A stretch of 64,000 bases of DNA, from contig CAXXHA010000011.1 in the NCBI GenBank assembly GCA_963662265.2, positions 96,001-160,000 of the forward strand. The letters are read 5' to 3'. Below are positions 1 through 10,343 of the stretch, piece after piece. Source of the DNA: Spirochaetia bacterium (lineage in GTDB: Bacteria > Spirochaetota > Spirochaetia > CADAEX01). The notes beneath the pieces are model-generated. The model saw only the letters and a list, made by a program, of their open reading frames with translations, was not told the origin of the DNA and did not search any database. Position 1 is the stretch's first letter, and every line of letters begins with the position of its first letter. The position numbers and the translations under genes are program-made.

Positions 1-339
1 GACATTTGTAATCCAGTTTTTCTCCTGTATAACCATTCCCGATATATCAATCTGTTTCTTTTCAAGTTTTTTTAAAAGCTCTCTTCCGAACATGTCTGAT
101 CCGGTAACCCCGAATGCAGATATTTTTTCTACACCCAGAACTGCAAGGTTTACTGCAACATTTCCGGCTCCTCCAGGCGAAGAGCAGAAATTTCTGACAG
201 GCAGGGTTGCAAGACCTGTTTCTATTGAAATTTCACCGGATTCAGGATCTGTTGCGATATAGAAATCCAGAGTAAAATCTCCGATAACTGCGGCTCTGCA
301 GTCCGGTATTTTTGAAAGTATCTGTTTCACTGAATTCAT
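1..339 (-). CDS. PfkB/RfaE(HldE domain I)-like carbohydrate kinase, N-terminal part (runs off the window edge)
   Basis: Manual translation from the ATG at 339 gives MNSVKQILSKIPDCRAAVIGDFTLDFY...SSPGGAGNVAVNLAVLG...FGVTGSDMFG, with the GD.LD and GGAGNVA PfkB motifs. Confidence 0.8.
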   Translation of the reverse strand, partial: MNSVKQILSKIPDCRAAVIGDFTLDFYIATDPESGEISIETGLATLPVRNFCSSPGGAGNVAVNLAVLGVEKISAFGVTGSDMFGRELLKKLEKKQIDISGMVIQEKNWITNV

Positions 340-414
340 AATCTGATACTCCCGGATATTAAAATATTGTTTATCAGGATGGGTTACAGCTCTTTTATAA
401 CCCTAAATTAAAAT

Positions 415-443
415 TTGACTATTAAAAACACTCGTGGTAGAAT
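415..443 (+). promoter_or_regulatory. Sigma70-type promoter of the sugar ABC operon
   Basis: TTGACT (415-420), 17 bp spacer, TAGAAT (438-443), with extended -10 TG. Confidence 0.7.
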
Positions 444-456
444 TTGAAACAATATA

Positions 457-474
457 ATTGTAACCGGTTACAAT
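457..474. promoter_or_regulatory. LacI/GalR-family operator
   Basis: Perfect 18-bp palindrome ATTGTAACCGGTTACAAT with central CG, just downstream of the promoter. Confidence 0.75.
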
Positions 475-507
475 GAATAAGTAAAGTAGTCCTTACTGGA
501 GAAAGTT

Positions 508-2010
508 TTGAGTAATGAAGATGTAATTTTACGGGCCTCAAATATCTGCAAAAGCTTTTCTACTGTCGAAGTACTTCACAAAATCTCATTTGAAATTGAA
601 AGAGGAGAGATACTCGGGATTATCGGGGAAAACGGCGCCGGTAAATCTACAATGATGAAAATACTTGCAGGGATCCATACACCTACATCGGGAGAGATTT
701 TTTTTGAAGGGGAGAAAGTTCTGATCAACAAACCCCTTGATGCGAAAAAAATCGGGATAAGTATAATTCCCCAGGAATTCAACCTGATCAATGATCTGTC
801 TGTTTATGATAATATTTTTCTCGGTTCAGAAATTCTCCTGTCCAACAGGCTGCTGAACAAGGAAGAGATGAAAAAGAGAACCAGGTCTCTTCTGCATGAT
901 CTGCAGGTGGAGATTTCCCCGGATGAGAAGATTGAAAACCTGAGTGCTGCCGAAAAGCAGATGGTAGAGATCAGCAAGGCTCTTGCTTTCAGGTCCAAGG
1001 TGCTGATAATGGATGAACCTACTTCTGTTCTTACCCAGCATGAGATAGATATTCTTTTCGACAAGATGAGGAAACTGAAGGAGTCAGGTCTCACAATCAT
1101 ATATATTTCTCATAAACTGAAAGAAGTAAAGGCAATCTGCGACCGTGTTCTTGTATTGAGAGATGGTGATTTTGTACTTGAAAGCAAAGTAGGAACTATT
1201 TCACCTGAAGAGATGGCAAAAAGCATGGTCGGACGGGAACTTTCCCAGGTATTTCCGGAAAAGAATACTCCTGAAGATAAAGTTGTTTTTGAGGTTAAAG
1301 ATCTTTCTATTCCCGGCCTCCTTGAAAATATCAGTTTTACACTTAAGAAAGGCGAGATTCTCGGCCTCGGCGGCCTTGTAGGGGCCGGCAGGACAGAGGT
1401 TGCTGAAGCAATAATGGGCTTAAGGGGAATTTCATCAGGCGAAATAACTGTTAGCGGCAGTAAAGTAAATATCAGAAATCCGCAGGATGCTGTCGGTGTC
1501 GGAATCGGATATCTTTCAGAAGACAGGCAGGGGAGCGGCATAATCACTTCTTTCAGCGTTGCGCATAACATGACACTTGTTTCCCTGAAAAAATACAGTG
1601 ACAATTTCATCCAGTGGATTGACAAGATAAGGGAAAAAGAATCATCAGAGAAATTCAGGAATCTTTTTAATCTCAAGACTCCGTCTCTTGATACAGAGCT
1701 TGAACACTTAAGCGGTGGTAACCAGCAGAAGGTATCATTTTCTAAAACCCTTGATACACAGCCTGAAATCCTGATAGTTGATGAACCGACAAGAGGTATT
1801 GATGTTTCTGCAAAACAGGAAATATACCAGTTTATTAATTCACTTGTTCAGAAAGGGCTGTCATGCATAATAATTTCCTCTGAAATTGAAGAACTTATCG
1901 GTATGTGCAACAGGGTTGTAGTTATGCATGAGGGAAAGATCCCCGGGATACTGGAGGAGGACAGTATTAATGAGGAAGAAATTATGTTGTATGCAACAGG
2001 TTTAAAGTAA
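508..2010 (+). CDS. Sugar ABC transporter ATP-binding protein (RbsA/MglA type, tandem ABC domains)
   Basis: Walker A GENGAGKST, MDEPT, LSGGNQQK, DEPTRGID. Confidence 0.95.
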   Translation: MSNEDVILRASNICKSFSTVEVLHKISFEIERGEILGIIGENGAGKSTMMKILAGIHTPTSGEIFFEGEKVLINKPLDAKKIGISIIPQEFNLINDLSVYDNIFLGSEILLSNRLLNKEEMKKRTRSLLHDLQVEISPDEKIENLSAAEKQMVEISKALAFRSKVLIMDEPTSVLTQHEIDILFDKMRKLKESGLTIIYISHKLKEVKAICDRVLVLRDGDFVLESKVGTISPEEMAKSMVGRELSQVFPEKNTPEDKVVFEVKDLSIPGLLENISFTLKKGEILGLGGLVGAGRTEVAEAIMGLRGISSGEITVSGSKVNIRNPQDAVGVGIGYLSEDRQGSGIITSFSVAHNMTLVSLKKYSDNFIQWIDKIREKESSEKFRNLFNLKTPSLDTELEHLSGGNQQKVSFSKTLDTQPEILIVDEPTRGIDVSAKQEIYQFINSLVQKGLSCIIISSEIEELIGMCNRVVVMHEGKIPGILEEDSINEEEIMLYATGLK

Positions 2011-2023
2011 GGAGGAATTGAAA

Positions 2024-2992
2024 ATGGTTAAAGGTATGGAAATTGTTAAAAAAATCAGCTGGCAGCGTTATGCCTCCTTTTTTGCCCTTGTTTTTCTCTT
2101 TATTCTGTCGTCATTTCTGAGTCCCTATTTTTTGAAACCTCAGAACATCATCAATATAATGAGACAGATATCATATACCGGTATAATTGCACTTGGAATG
2201 ACATTTGTAATAATTACAGCAGGTATCGACCTTTCAGTAGGTTCTGTTGTTGCATTTACCGCTGCAGTGGTTGTGCTGTCGATGAACGCAATGCTCAGGG
2301 TCATTGAAAGTGAAGCTCTTGTTCTTATTATAGGCATCCCCATAGGACTTGTTGTAGGCGGAGCTGCGGGAGCGTTTAACGGACTTATGATAACTAAAGG
2401 CAGGATTGCCCCATTTATAGTAACCCTCGGTTCTATGTCTATTTTCCGTTCACTGTCACTTTATATCGGTGATGCGGGGGAAATACAGTCACATAACACT
2501 CTTTACGGAAAACTTGGAATGGGTTCTTTTCTTTTCATTCCTGTTCCTGTCTGGGTTATTCTTATCCTTGCGGCAGTTCTTCATCTTGTTCTCAATAACA
2601 CAAGATTCGGCAGATACCTGTGCGCGATAGGGTCTAACCAGAAAGTAGCAATGTTTTCTGCTATCAATGTCGACAGGATAAAATTCTATACATATACCCT
2701 GATTGGTATGCTTGTTGGTATAACTGCGATTCTTCTGGCATCCAGGTTTAATGCTGTAAGTACATCAAACATGGGCCTCACTTACGAGCTTGATGCTATT
2801 GCCTCTGTTATAATAGGCGGCACTGCCATGAGCGGAGGACGGGGCACAATCTGGGGTACTGTCTTCGGCGCTGTAATCCTTGGAATAATAAACAACATGA
2901 TGAATATGGTGGGGGTATCACCCTATCTACAGGGAACAGTAAAAGGTCTTGTAATAATCATAGCTGTATATTTTCAGAAACAGAAACAGTAG
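2024..2992 (+). CDS. Sugar ABC transporter permease (RbsC type)
   Basis: GIDLSVGS and ELDAIASVIIGGTAMSGG motifs; ATG 2024 is best spaced from SD GGAGGA. Confidence 0.93.
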   Translation: MVKGMEIVKKISWQRYASFFALVFLFILSSFLSPYFLKPQNIINIMRQISYTGIIALGMTFVIITAGIDLSVGSVVAFTAAVVVLSMNAMLRVIESEALVLIIGIPIGLVVGGAAGAFNGLMITKGRIAPFIVTLGSMSIFRSLSLYIGDAGEIQSHNTLYGKLGMGSFLFIPVPVWVILILAAVLHLVLNNTRFGRYLCAIGSNQKVAMFSAINVDRIKFYTYTLIGMLVGITAILLASRFNAVSTSNMGLTYELDAIASVIIGGTAMSGGRGTIWGTVFGAVILGIINNMMNMVGVSPYLQGTVKGLVIIIAVYFQKQKQ

Positions 2993-3013
2993 TTTTTCAG
3001 GGAGTAATATCAT

Positions 3014-4036
3014 ATGGCAGATAAAAAAACTGTTATTGCATGTCCTTTTCCCCAGAAGCTTGAAACTGTATTTTCCGAAAAAAAACTGAAACAGCTTAAA
3101 GAACTGACTGATTTTAGATTTCTGGGAAATGGCGAGGTTGAGTACAGTAAACTTGATGAAAATATTTCAGATGCATTTGCCCTTATTGGACAGATGGATC
3201 TGCCCAGGGAACGGCTTGAAAGAGCTCCCAATCTTAAAGTTATTTTCAACGTCGAGGGAAATTTCTACCAGAATATAGATTATGATTACTGTTTCAGAAA
3301 CAACATATATGTTCTCAACTGCGGTGTAGTATATTCAAAACCTGTTGCAGAAATGGGACTTTCATTTGCGATAGATCTTGCAAGGGGAATCACACGGGAG
3401 GACAGAAGGTTCAGAAACAATGAGGAAACATATCTCGGTGACGGGTGCAGGGATTCTGTTCTGCTGTCGGGAAGCGATATAGGCTTTATCGGGTTCGGCA
3501 ACCTGGGACGAGCGCTTCTTAAGCTCCTGAAGCCGTTTAACTGCCGGATAAAGATATATGATCCATGGATTCCTGAAAATGTAATTATGGAAAACAACTG
3601 TATTCCCTCTTCCCTTGACGAAGTCTTGAGTTCTTCCAGGTTTATATTTGTAATTGCCGGAATTACAAAGGAAAACCAGGGGTTTCTGAACCGGGAAAAA
3701 CTTTCTCTTATTAAAAAAGATTCTTTTTTTATACTGTTAAGCAGGGCGGCAGCTGTTGATTTTGATGTTCTTGTCGATTTTGTTTCTGAAGGGAGGTTTA
3801 CTGCAGCAGTTGATGTTTTTCCCGAAGAACCCATGCCTCAGAACCACAGGGTGCGTAAACTTGAAAATATGATTCTTTCCCCTCACCGTGCAGGGGGAAT
3901 ACCGCAGGCTTTTGATTTAATCGGAGAGATGGTTGTCGATGACCTTTCACTTCTTTTACAAGGGCTTGCACCGGTCAGAATGCAGAAAGCTTTATTTGAA
4001 ACTGTAAAAAGCATGATCAGCAAACCTGCAGGTTGA
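3014..4036 (+). CDS. D-isomer-specific 2-hydroxyacid dehydrogenase family protein
   Basis: Rossmann GFIGFGNLG, SRAA, DVFPEEP, LSPHRAG. Confidence 0.9.
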   Translation: MADKKTVIACPFPQKLETVFSEKKLKQLKELTDFRFLGNGEVEYSKLDENISDAFALIGQMDLPRERLERAPNLKVIFNVEGNFYQNIDYDYCFRNNIYVLNCGVVYSKPVAEMGLSFAIDLARGITREDRRFRNNEETYLGDGCRDSVLLSGSDIGFIGFGNLGRALLKLLKPFNCRIKIYDPWIPENVIMENNCIPSSLDEVLSSSRFIFVIAGITKENQGFLNREKLSLIKKDSFFILLSRAAAVDFDVLVDFVSEGRFTAAVDVFPEEPMPQNHRVRKLENMILSPHRAGGIPQAFDLIGEMVVDDLSLLLQGLAPVRMQKALFETVKSMISKPAG

Positions 4037-4110
4037 TTATTTGCATTTCATGTATCCGGAATTTAAAAAGTAAACGGATGCTTTATGAATATTTCATAGG
4101 AGGATTCATT

Positions 4111-5160
4111 ATGAAGAAAAATCTTTTACTTCTGCTTGTAGTTATACTGGCAGTATCATTCTTTGCATTTACTGGATGTGCGGAAAAAGAAGCTGCAGCT
4201 CCTGCTGCTCCTGAAGTATCTGCCTCAGATGCACAGCCTGTTGCAAAGAATTATGTTGGAAAGATTGGTATTTCTCTGCCGACAGCTACACACGGTTATA
4301 TGGGACGTGTTAACTGGTGGGTTAAAAAGGCAGTTAAGGACTGGAAAGCATCAAATCCCGGTCTTGAATTCCTTGTTGTAACAGCTGACAGTGTTACAAA
4401 ACAGGCTTCAGATATTGAAGACCTGATGATCAAGGAAATTGATGCAATTGTTGTATTTCCTTTTGACTCCTCTCTGACATCTGTTATTGAAAAAGCCTAT
4501 AACTCCGGTATCTATACTGTAGTTCTTGACAGAGGCGCTACAAGACCGGTTTATGATGTTTATATTTCAAATGATGATGAAGGTTATACACGTGAAGGTA
4601 CAAAGTGGATTGCACAGCAGCTCGGCGGTAAGGGAAAACTTGCTGTTATAGAAGGTATTCCGTGCGAAATCAACACAATAAGAACAGAAACAATTAAAAA
4701 GACAGCTGCACAGTATGGCCTTGAAGTTATTGATTCACAGCCTGGAATGTGGAACCCTGAAAAAGCACTTGCTGTAATGGAAAATTATCTTCAGAAATAT
4801 CCGCAGATTGATGCAGTCTATACTGCTGATGATGATATGATGAAGGGTGCTCTTCAGGCTTACAAGGAATCAGGAAGAAGCGATATCAAGGTATTTCTGG
4901 GCGGCGGTGCTGACAAGGAAATACTCAAGCAGATTATTGATGACAGCAACCCTCTTGTCAAAGCAGATGTAACATATCCGCCTGACTGTATTGCAACTGC
5001 AGTAGGTCTTGCCGTCCTGGGATATAACAAACAGTCATTTGAAGGTTTCTACCAGAAAAAACTGCCTGTAAGAATAATTCTTTCTGCAGAACTTATTACA
5101 AATGAAAATGCAAAACAGTATTATGAAGCTGATGAGCTTAATTTTGAAAAAGTTAACTAG
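4111..5160 (+). CDS. Sugar ABC transporter substrate-binding lipoprotein (periplasmic binding protein type I)
   Basis: ATG 4111 follows SD GGAGGA; lipobox FTGC; RbsB-like pattern; last gene of the operon. Confidence 0.9.
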   Translation: MKKNLLLLLVVILAVSFFAFTGCAEKEAAAPAAPEVSASDAQPVAKNYVGKIGISLPTATHGYMGRVNWWVKKAVKDWKASNPGLEFLVVTADSVTKQASDIEDLMIKEIDAIVVFPFDSSLTSVIEKAYNSGIYTVVLDRGATRPVYDVYISNDDEGYTREGTKWIAQQLGGKGKLAVIEGIPCEINTIRTETIKKTAAQYGLEVIDSQPGMWNPEKALAVMENYLQKYPQIDAVYTADDDMMKGALQAYKESGRSDIKVFLGGGADKEILKQIIDDSNPLVKADVTYPPDCIATAVGLAVLGYNKQSFEGFYQKKLPVRIILSAELITNENAKQYYEADELNFEKVN

Positions 5161-5181
5161 CTGAAATCTGTTAGGTAATCG

Positions 5182-5216
5182 GCCGGGTAATTCATATGAT
5201 TTATCCGGCTTTTTTT
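5182..5216 (+). terminator. Rho-independent terminator
   Basis: GCCGGGTAA...TTATCCGGC stem followed by T7. Confidence 0.8.
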
Positions 5217-5361
5217 ATTACAAGTGAATCATGTTTTTAATTATTAAATGCTGACACCTGCCAGATTATTATCTATACGATTTTCTTTATCCTGATATAA
5301 AGCTTCTGAAAAGCGGTTTATAAATATTCTGCATGGAGAAATATCAGTTGAGAGATGCAGA

Positions 5362-6372
5362 TTACTGTGTGAAATCATATTTATAGAGAATATCCCTGTT
5401 TACAGCAGTGTAAAACATTTTTTTCACCTGTTCGTATTCTCTTGTCTGCCCAAGTATCCACATCAGTTTTGTCATCGAAGATTCAACTGTCATGTCATAT
5501 GACTGAAGAACAGGATTTTCCATAACCCTTTTTCCGACTTCGTATAATTCAAGATCGCTTCCTTCAAACATGACCTGTGTTGATATCACAATAATCTTGT
5601 TTTTCCTTTGAATAGATTCGAGTGTTTTCAGAAAATTTCTCCTGTCCTCGAAAGGAATTCCCCCGCTTCCGTAGCTCTCTATTACTACTGCATCGTAATG
5701 GTCGCTTATATATTCAAGAATATCAGGTCTCATTCCAGGGGCAAGTTTGAGAAGAAAAACATTTGAATTAAGCTCTGTATAGAATACAGGCTTCCCTTTT
5801 TTCTCAGGAGCAGCATCGATAAAATATGTTATGCTGCTTCCGTTTACTGTAGCTGTATAAGGGTAGTTTATGCTTTCAAAAGCATCAAAGCTTTTTGTCT
5901 TTACTTTCTTACTTCTTGTTCCTGTAATTACTTTACCGTTAAAAACCAGGAAGACTCCGTGTATATTTTCACAGGCTACAAGTATGGAGTCCTTAAGATT
6001 TCTCCGTGCATCGGTAATTTCATCACTGATCGGCATCTGGGCGCCTGTGATTATAACAGGTTTGCTTATTCTCTGAACAAGGTAGGAAAGAGCGGATGCT
6101 GTATAGGATGCTGTATCTGTTCCATGTGTAATTATGAAGCTGTCATAACTGCTGTAGTTGTCCCTTATAACTTCTACCATCCTGATCCAGTGTTCAGGCT
6201 GGACATTTGTGCTGTCAATGTTAAGAAGTTCAAATGTATTTATGATATAGTCTGAATTGTTTTTACCTATATATTCAAGCAGCTTTTCAGGATTCAGTGA
6301 CGGTTTCAGCCCTCTGTCAGTTCTAGAGCATGCTATTGTTCCGCCGGTGGATATTAAAAGAATTTTTTTCAT
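5362..6372 (-). CDS. ansA: Type I (cytoplasmic) L-asparaginase
   Basis: STGGTIA and THGTDT catalytic motifs; no signal peptide. Confidence 0.9.
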   Translation of the reverse strand: MKKILLISTGGTIACSRTDRGLKPSLNPEKLLEYIGKNNSDYIINTFELLNIDSTNVQPEHWIRMVEVIRDNYSSYDSFIITHGTDTASYTASALSYLVQRISKPVIITGAQMPISDEITDARRNLKDSILVACENIHGVFLVFNGKVITGTRSKKVKTKSFDAFESINYPYTATVNGSSITYFIDAAPEKKGKPVFYTELNSNVFLLKLAPGMRPDILEYISDHYDAVVIESYGSGGIPFEDRRNFLKTLESIQRKNKIIVISTQVMFEGSDLELYEVGKRVMENPVLQSYDMTVESSMTKLMWILGQTREYEQVKKMFYTAVNRDILYKYDFTQ

Positions 6373-6502
6373 ATTTAATTATAATAGCTAACTGACTGAT
6401 TTGCATACAAATAAGCGGGGATAAAACACAGTGTAGCATTGCCTTTGAAGGCAGGTTTTACCGGTTTATCCCCTTTTTTAAAGAAAAAATTATCAGGAAT
6501 TA

Positions 6503-7090
6503 TTATTTCAACTGATATTCTATATTATATATTTTTCCATCTTCGATACCGTAATCCATTTCATTGATGCGTATGATATCCCCGAGACTGTATCCGGCTG
6601 TTTCTGCAATTTTTAAAGCTCTTTGTTCCGCAACAACAAGAAGTGATTCAAGATCTGACGGGGCTTTCTGTTTAGCAGATCTGTCATAAACATTCCTGTA
6701 AACACCGGTAGCACCGGAATTACGGAATTCATTCATCAGTTTATCCGGATCCATATCATCTGTAACACGGATATCCACAGCTTTCCGCGCAATGTATTTT
6801 TCTGAATCTGATTTATCTTCCGGATTTTTATAGGTTGAATTTTCCGACAGGTTATAATCATTTTCAGTCAATCCCCTGTTTTCAAGCAGTTCCAGAATAG
6901 AATAAAAAACTTTATCACAATTTTTTTCCGCTTCTGTCATATCAGGTGCTTTTTTTTCAACAATAATATTTATCCTGTCATCATTATATCCTAAAGCACC
7001 AACAGTCACTGAAACAGTTTTTGCAGGCGGAGGTGTGATACAGGATGTCAGCAGGACAAGCAGCGGCAGTAATTTTAATAAACTTTTCAT
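6503..7090 (-). CDS. Lipoprotein, SIMPL/DUF541-like
   Basis: Likely start MKSLLK after SD GGAG; lipobox LLTSC; C-terminal AEQRALKIAETAGYSLGDIIRINE resembles the SIMPL domain end. Confidence 0.6.
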   Translation of the reverse strand: MKSLLKLLPLLVLLTSCITPPPAKTVSVTVGALGYNDDRINIIVEKKAPDMTEAEKNCDKVFYSILELLENRGLTENDYNLSENSTYKNPEDKSDSEKYIARKAVDIRVTDDMDPDKLMNEFRNSGATGVYRNVYDRSAKQKAPSDLESLLVVAEQRALKIAETAGYSLGDIIRINEMDYGIEDGKIYNIEYQLK

Positions 7091-7347
7091 ATGATTCTCC
7101 TTCACATTCAAAATTACAGCTAATGTTACATGCTATCAGGAATTGATACAAGATGAGACTGATATTACCCGGGTTTAAATTTGATATCTTAACTGGCTGA
7201 AAGAGGGTTGTGCAATGTTATTACTGTACATCAGGGATAATATCGAAAATATTAATTGCAGATAATATATACGCTGATAATAAAAATCCGGATTCTGGTT
7301 CAAACCGTATTAAAATACAGATAATCTACTTCAAAAAAAAAGTTAAA

Positions 7348-8142
7348 TTATAAAACAACACCGTAGGCTTCTGTAAAAGCCTCTTTTGTATACTCGTAGG
7401 AGGAATAGGCAAAGCCTGAATCTCCCCATTCCTTTCCCCAGCTGTTCATGACTGTAAAGTAATTTTTATCATATCCGGTTATACAAACAGCATGCCCGCC
7501 GGTTTTTTCCTTTGGAATATAATATTCAAGACGGCCTTTGCTTTCTGTCGCATAGTCCCATGATTTATCAGTATCAAGTCTTGTCAATATCGGGCCGTTA
7601 AATGCAAGCCATCTCTTCCAGTCATCAAGGTTTCTTCCAAGATTGTGATAGCTTTTTATTTTAAGCTTTGCTGCCAATGCATAGAAATCCTGCCACTCCA
7701 TCATGGATAACCTGCCGTCCATTGGAAGAATTTCTTCAAGGACACAGCCGTAGTTTCTGGCGATTCGGAGAGATAATTTTACCTGGGTACCCTGGGTTTC
7801 AAGGAAAGTAGAGGGATAGCTTGTAATTTCATCAGTTTCCTTGTTTGCCATCCATATAAACCTTGCAGAAGGCAGATCTGACTCTGATATAATACCTTTC
7901 CTGACATAATGCCATTTCAATACACCATATGCAGTTGAATAACCGACACAGGCTCCGGTTTTCCCCTGATTCTTAACTTCCCACCAGTCTTCACGCAGAT
8001 CAACAGAAGATGGTATTTCAGACTCCGTATCAAGAAGTCCTTCCGATTTTGCTTTTTCAACAGACCAGTCATCCTGTGTATTAAGAGATGGAACACAGTT
8101 CAGGATGTGATTGTTTTCATCAATATTGATTTTATCCGGCAT
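7348..8142 (-). CDS. Papain-family (C1) cysteine peptidase
   Basis: PSSVDLR, QGKTGAC (Gln/Cys), GGHAV (His), NSWGKEWG (Asn). Confidence 0.9.
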   Translation of the reverse strand: MPDKINIDENNHILNCVPSLNTQDDWSVEKAKSEGLLDTESEIPSSVDLREDWWEVKNQGKTGACVGYSTAYGVLKWHYVRKGIISESDLPSARFIWMANKETDEITSYPSTFLETQGTQVKLSLRIARNYGCVLEEILPMDGRLSMMEWQDFYALAAKLKIKSYHNLGRNLDDWKRWLAFNGPILTRLDTDKSWDYATESKGRLEYYIPKEKTGGHAVCITGYDKNYFTVMNSWGKEWGDSGFAYSSYEYTKEAFTEAYGVVL

Positions 8143-8254
8143 CTTTTATTCCTTTTTTTCCATAACTATAACTTTGGATCTTATGAATACGCAATAATAT
8201 TATTTTCAAGGTGTGAAAATAGATGATACTTCCAGTTTTTAATAATAATGTCTT

Positions 8255-9031
8255 TTATGCTATTCTCAGTTTTATTCCCATTGAATGTATCAGCTTTTTA
8301 TATTCCTCTGATATTCCGCTGTCAGTAATAATTTCATCGAAATCTGTTATATCCGCAAAATGCAAGGCTCCTATTTCTCCGAATTTGGAGGAATCAGCAA
8401 GAAGAATTTTTTTTTGTGATGACTTGAGAAGCGCATCTTTTGTCGGTCTTTCATAGTAGTTAACACATGTAACTCCGAATTTTACATCTATCCCTGCCGC
8501 TGTCACAAAAGCCTTATTTGCTCTGAAGCTTTTAATTACTTCAATTCCTTCAGGACTGTCGAAAGAAAGTGTGCTTTTGTGGAATTCCCCCCCTGTAAAA
8601 ATTATTTTACAATTATCCCTGCAGAAAATTTGATTTATAACATTCAGTGAATAGCTTAAAATTGTGAGCGGAAACCCTGTTGGAATATTTTTTGCAAGAT
8701 ATTCAGCGGTAGAACCGTAGTCAATTATCAGAGTGTCATTTTTTTCAATAAGGGATGCTGCCAGCATTCCTATTCTCTGTTTCGTTTCAACGTTAACAGA
8801 TTCTGCACAGTCCAGCGAATATGTTTTTTTTACAATGCCTGTGTTTTCCTCCGAATTTAAAAAGACGCTTCCGTGCTGTTTTATGACAATTCCGTTTCTT
8901 ATCAATTCCTTTATATCACGTCTTATAGTCATGTGCGAAACATTCAATCTGTTTGAAAGGTTATTGACATTTGATATTTTATTGATTTTCAATGTCTCTA
9001 TTATCTGTTTTAGCCTGTCTTCCTTATTCAT
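8255..9031 (-). CDS. deoR: DeoR/GlpR family transcriptional repressor
   Basis: N-terminal HTH VSHMTIRRD; sensor domain with YSLN, GGEFH, AAG and DSSKFG. Confidence 0.88.
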   Translation of the reverse strand: MNKEDRLKQIIETLKINKISNVNNLSNRLNVSHMTIRRDIKELIRNGIVIKQHGSVFLNSEENTGIVKKTYSLDCAESVNVETKQRIGMLAASLIEKNDTLIIDYGSTAEYLAKNIPTGFPLTILSYSLNVINQIFCRDNCKIIFTGGEFHKSTLSFDSPEGIEVIKSFRANKAFVTAAGIDVKFGVTCVNYYERPTKDALLKSSQKKILLADSSKFGEIGALHFADITDFDEIITDSGISEEYKKLIHSMGIKLRIA

Positions 9032-9115
9032 TCTGAATATTTTCCTTTAAAAATAGTGTTTTTACAATATATAACCTCAATATTTTTTCCAGCTGGTTCA
9101 TTTATAACATGAACA

Positions 9116-9152
9116 ATGTTAATAAATTATAACATGTTAATATAATAACATG
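9116..9152. promoter_or_regulatory. Tandem DeoR-like operators
   Basis: ATGTTA-N8-TAACAT (9116-9135) and CATGTTA-N6-TAACATG (9133-9152), between divergent deoR and the ABC operon. Confidence 0.6.
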
Positions 9153-9168
9153 ATATAATTTAAAATGA

Positions 9169-9197
9169 TTGACAATTAACATTGCCGTTAATATGAT
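9169..9197 (+). promoter_or_regulatory. Sigma70 promoter of the Fbp/Afu-type ABC operon
   Basis: TTGACA-17bp-TATGAT. Confidence 0.7.
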
Positions 9198-9267
9198 TTG
9201 AATTAAATATATTGCCGCATTGTCAGTTAAAAAACTATTATTTTTATTTACCATCAGGAGGGTAATT

Positions 9268-10317
9268 ATGAAAAGTCTTAAAAAATCATTAATGCTTGCT
9301 TTTATTCTTATTCTGCCTTTTTCCATGCTGTGGGCAGGAGGAAAAAAGGAAGCTCCAAAAGAAGATGATGAAGGAACTGTTCTTAATGCTTATTCAATCT
9401 GGCCGGAAAACTGGGCAACACCAATGTTTGAAGAGTTTGAGAAAGCTACAGGAATCCATGTTAATTTTATGAGATTTTCTTCCGGTGAAGCGCTTGCAAG
9501 AGTTATAGCTGAAAAAGAAAATCCTCAGGTTGATGTTCTGTTCGGCGGCCCGATTGAAACATTCGGCGCAGGTGTCAGAGAAGGTGTTTTCGATGCATAT
9601 AAACCGCCTGCATACGATAAGCTGGAAGAAAGATTCAGAGACAAAGACGGGTACTGGACTGCAATTGCAGATGATCCGCTTTGTTTTATGAGCAATAAAG
9701 AGTTTCTTAAAGAAAACAATCTGGAAGCTCCGACATCATGGGATGATATTCTTGATCCTGCATATACAAATATGATCCAGTTTGCTGATGCAAGAACATC
9801 AGGAACTGCAGTTACCAGGATATTTTCTATACTTGAAGTAAACAACAGAGACGAAGCTGCTTCTTTTGAATATATGAAAAAACTTTCCAAAAATGTTCAG
9901 GTTTATACAAAATCAGGCGGCGGCGGAACTATTCCTGTAGGTCTTGGACAGGCTGGTATGGGTATATTCTTTATTGTTGATGCTCTTAAAACACAGCAGG
10001 CAGGATATGATGTTGCTGTTTCTTTCCCGAAAGAAGGTATTGGATCAGCTGCGGAAGGTATTGCTATTATAAAAGGCGCAAAACATCCCGGTCTTGCAAA
10101 GAAACTGATTGACTGGGCAACTACAGAGCAGATGCAGAACCACTATGCTCCGTATAAGATTAATTTTATACCTACTTATCCTGGCGTTAAACAGCTTCCG
10201 GCACTTACAGAAGCTCTTGAAAGCGCTGAAAGAATTTTTCCGATTGACTCAGAATATGCTGGCGAAAACAGAAAACGTATTGTCGATACATGGATTGATA
10301 CTGTTTTACAGCAGTAA
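9268..10317 (+). CDS. ABC transporter substrate-binding protein, FbpA/AfuA/PhnS family
   Basis: ATG 9268 follows SD GGAGGG; signal peptide; SSGEALAR, DVLFGG, TSGTA motifs. Confidence 0.88.
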   Translation: MKSLKKSLMLAFILILPFSMLWAGGKKEAPKEDDEGTVLNAYSIWPENWATPMFEEFEKATGIHVNFMRFSSGEALARVIAEKENPQVDVLFGGPIETFGAGVREGVFDAYKPPAYDKLEERFRDKDGYWTAIADDPLCFMSNKEFLKENNLEAPTSWDDILDPAYTNMIQFADARTSGTAVTRIFSILEVNNRDEAASFEYMKKLSKNVQVYTKSGGGGTIPVGLGQAGMGIFFIVDALKTQQAGYDVAVSFPKEGIGSAAEGIAIIKGAKHPGLAKKLIDWATTEQMQNHYAPYKINFIPTYPGVKQLPALTEALESAERIFPIDSEYAGENRKRIVDTWIDTVLQQ

Positions 10318-10343
10318 AAGCATTCAGGATTAAAGGAGAAAAA

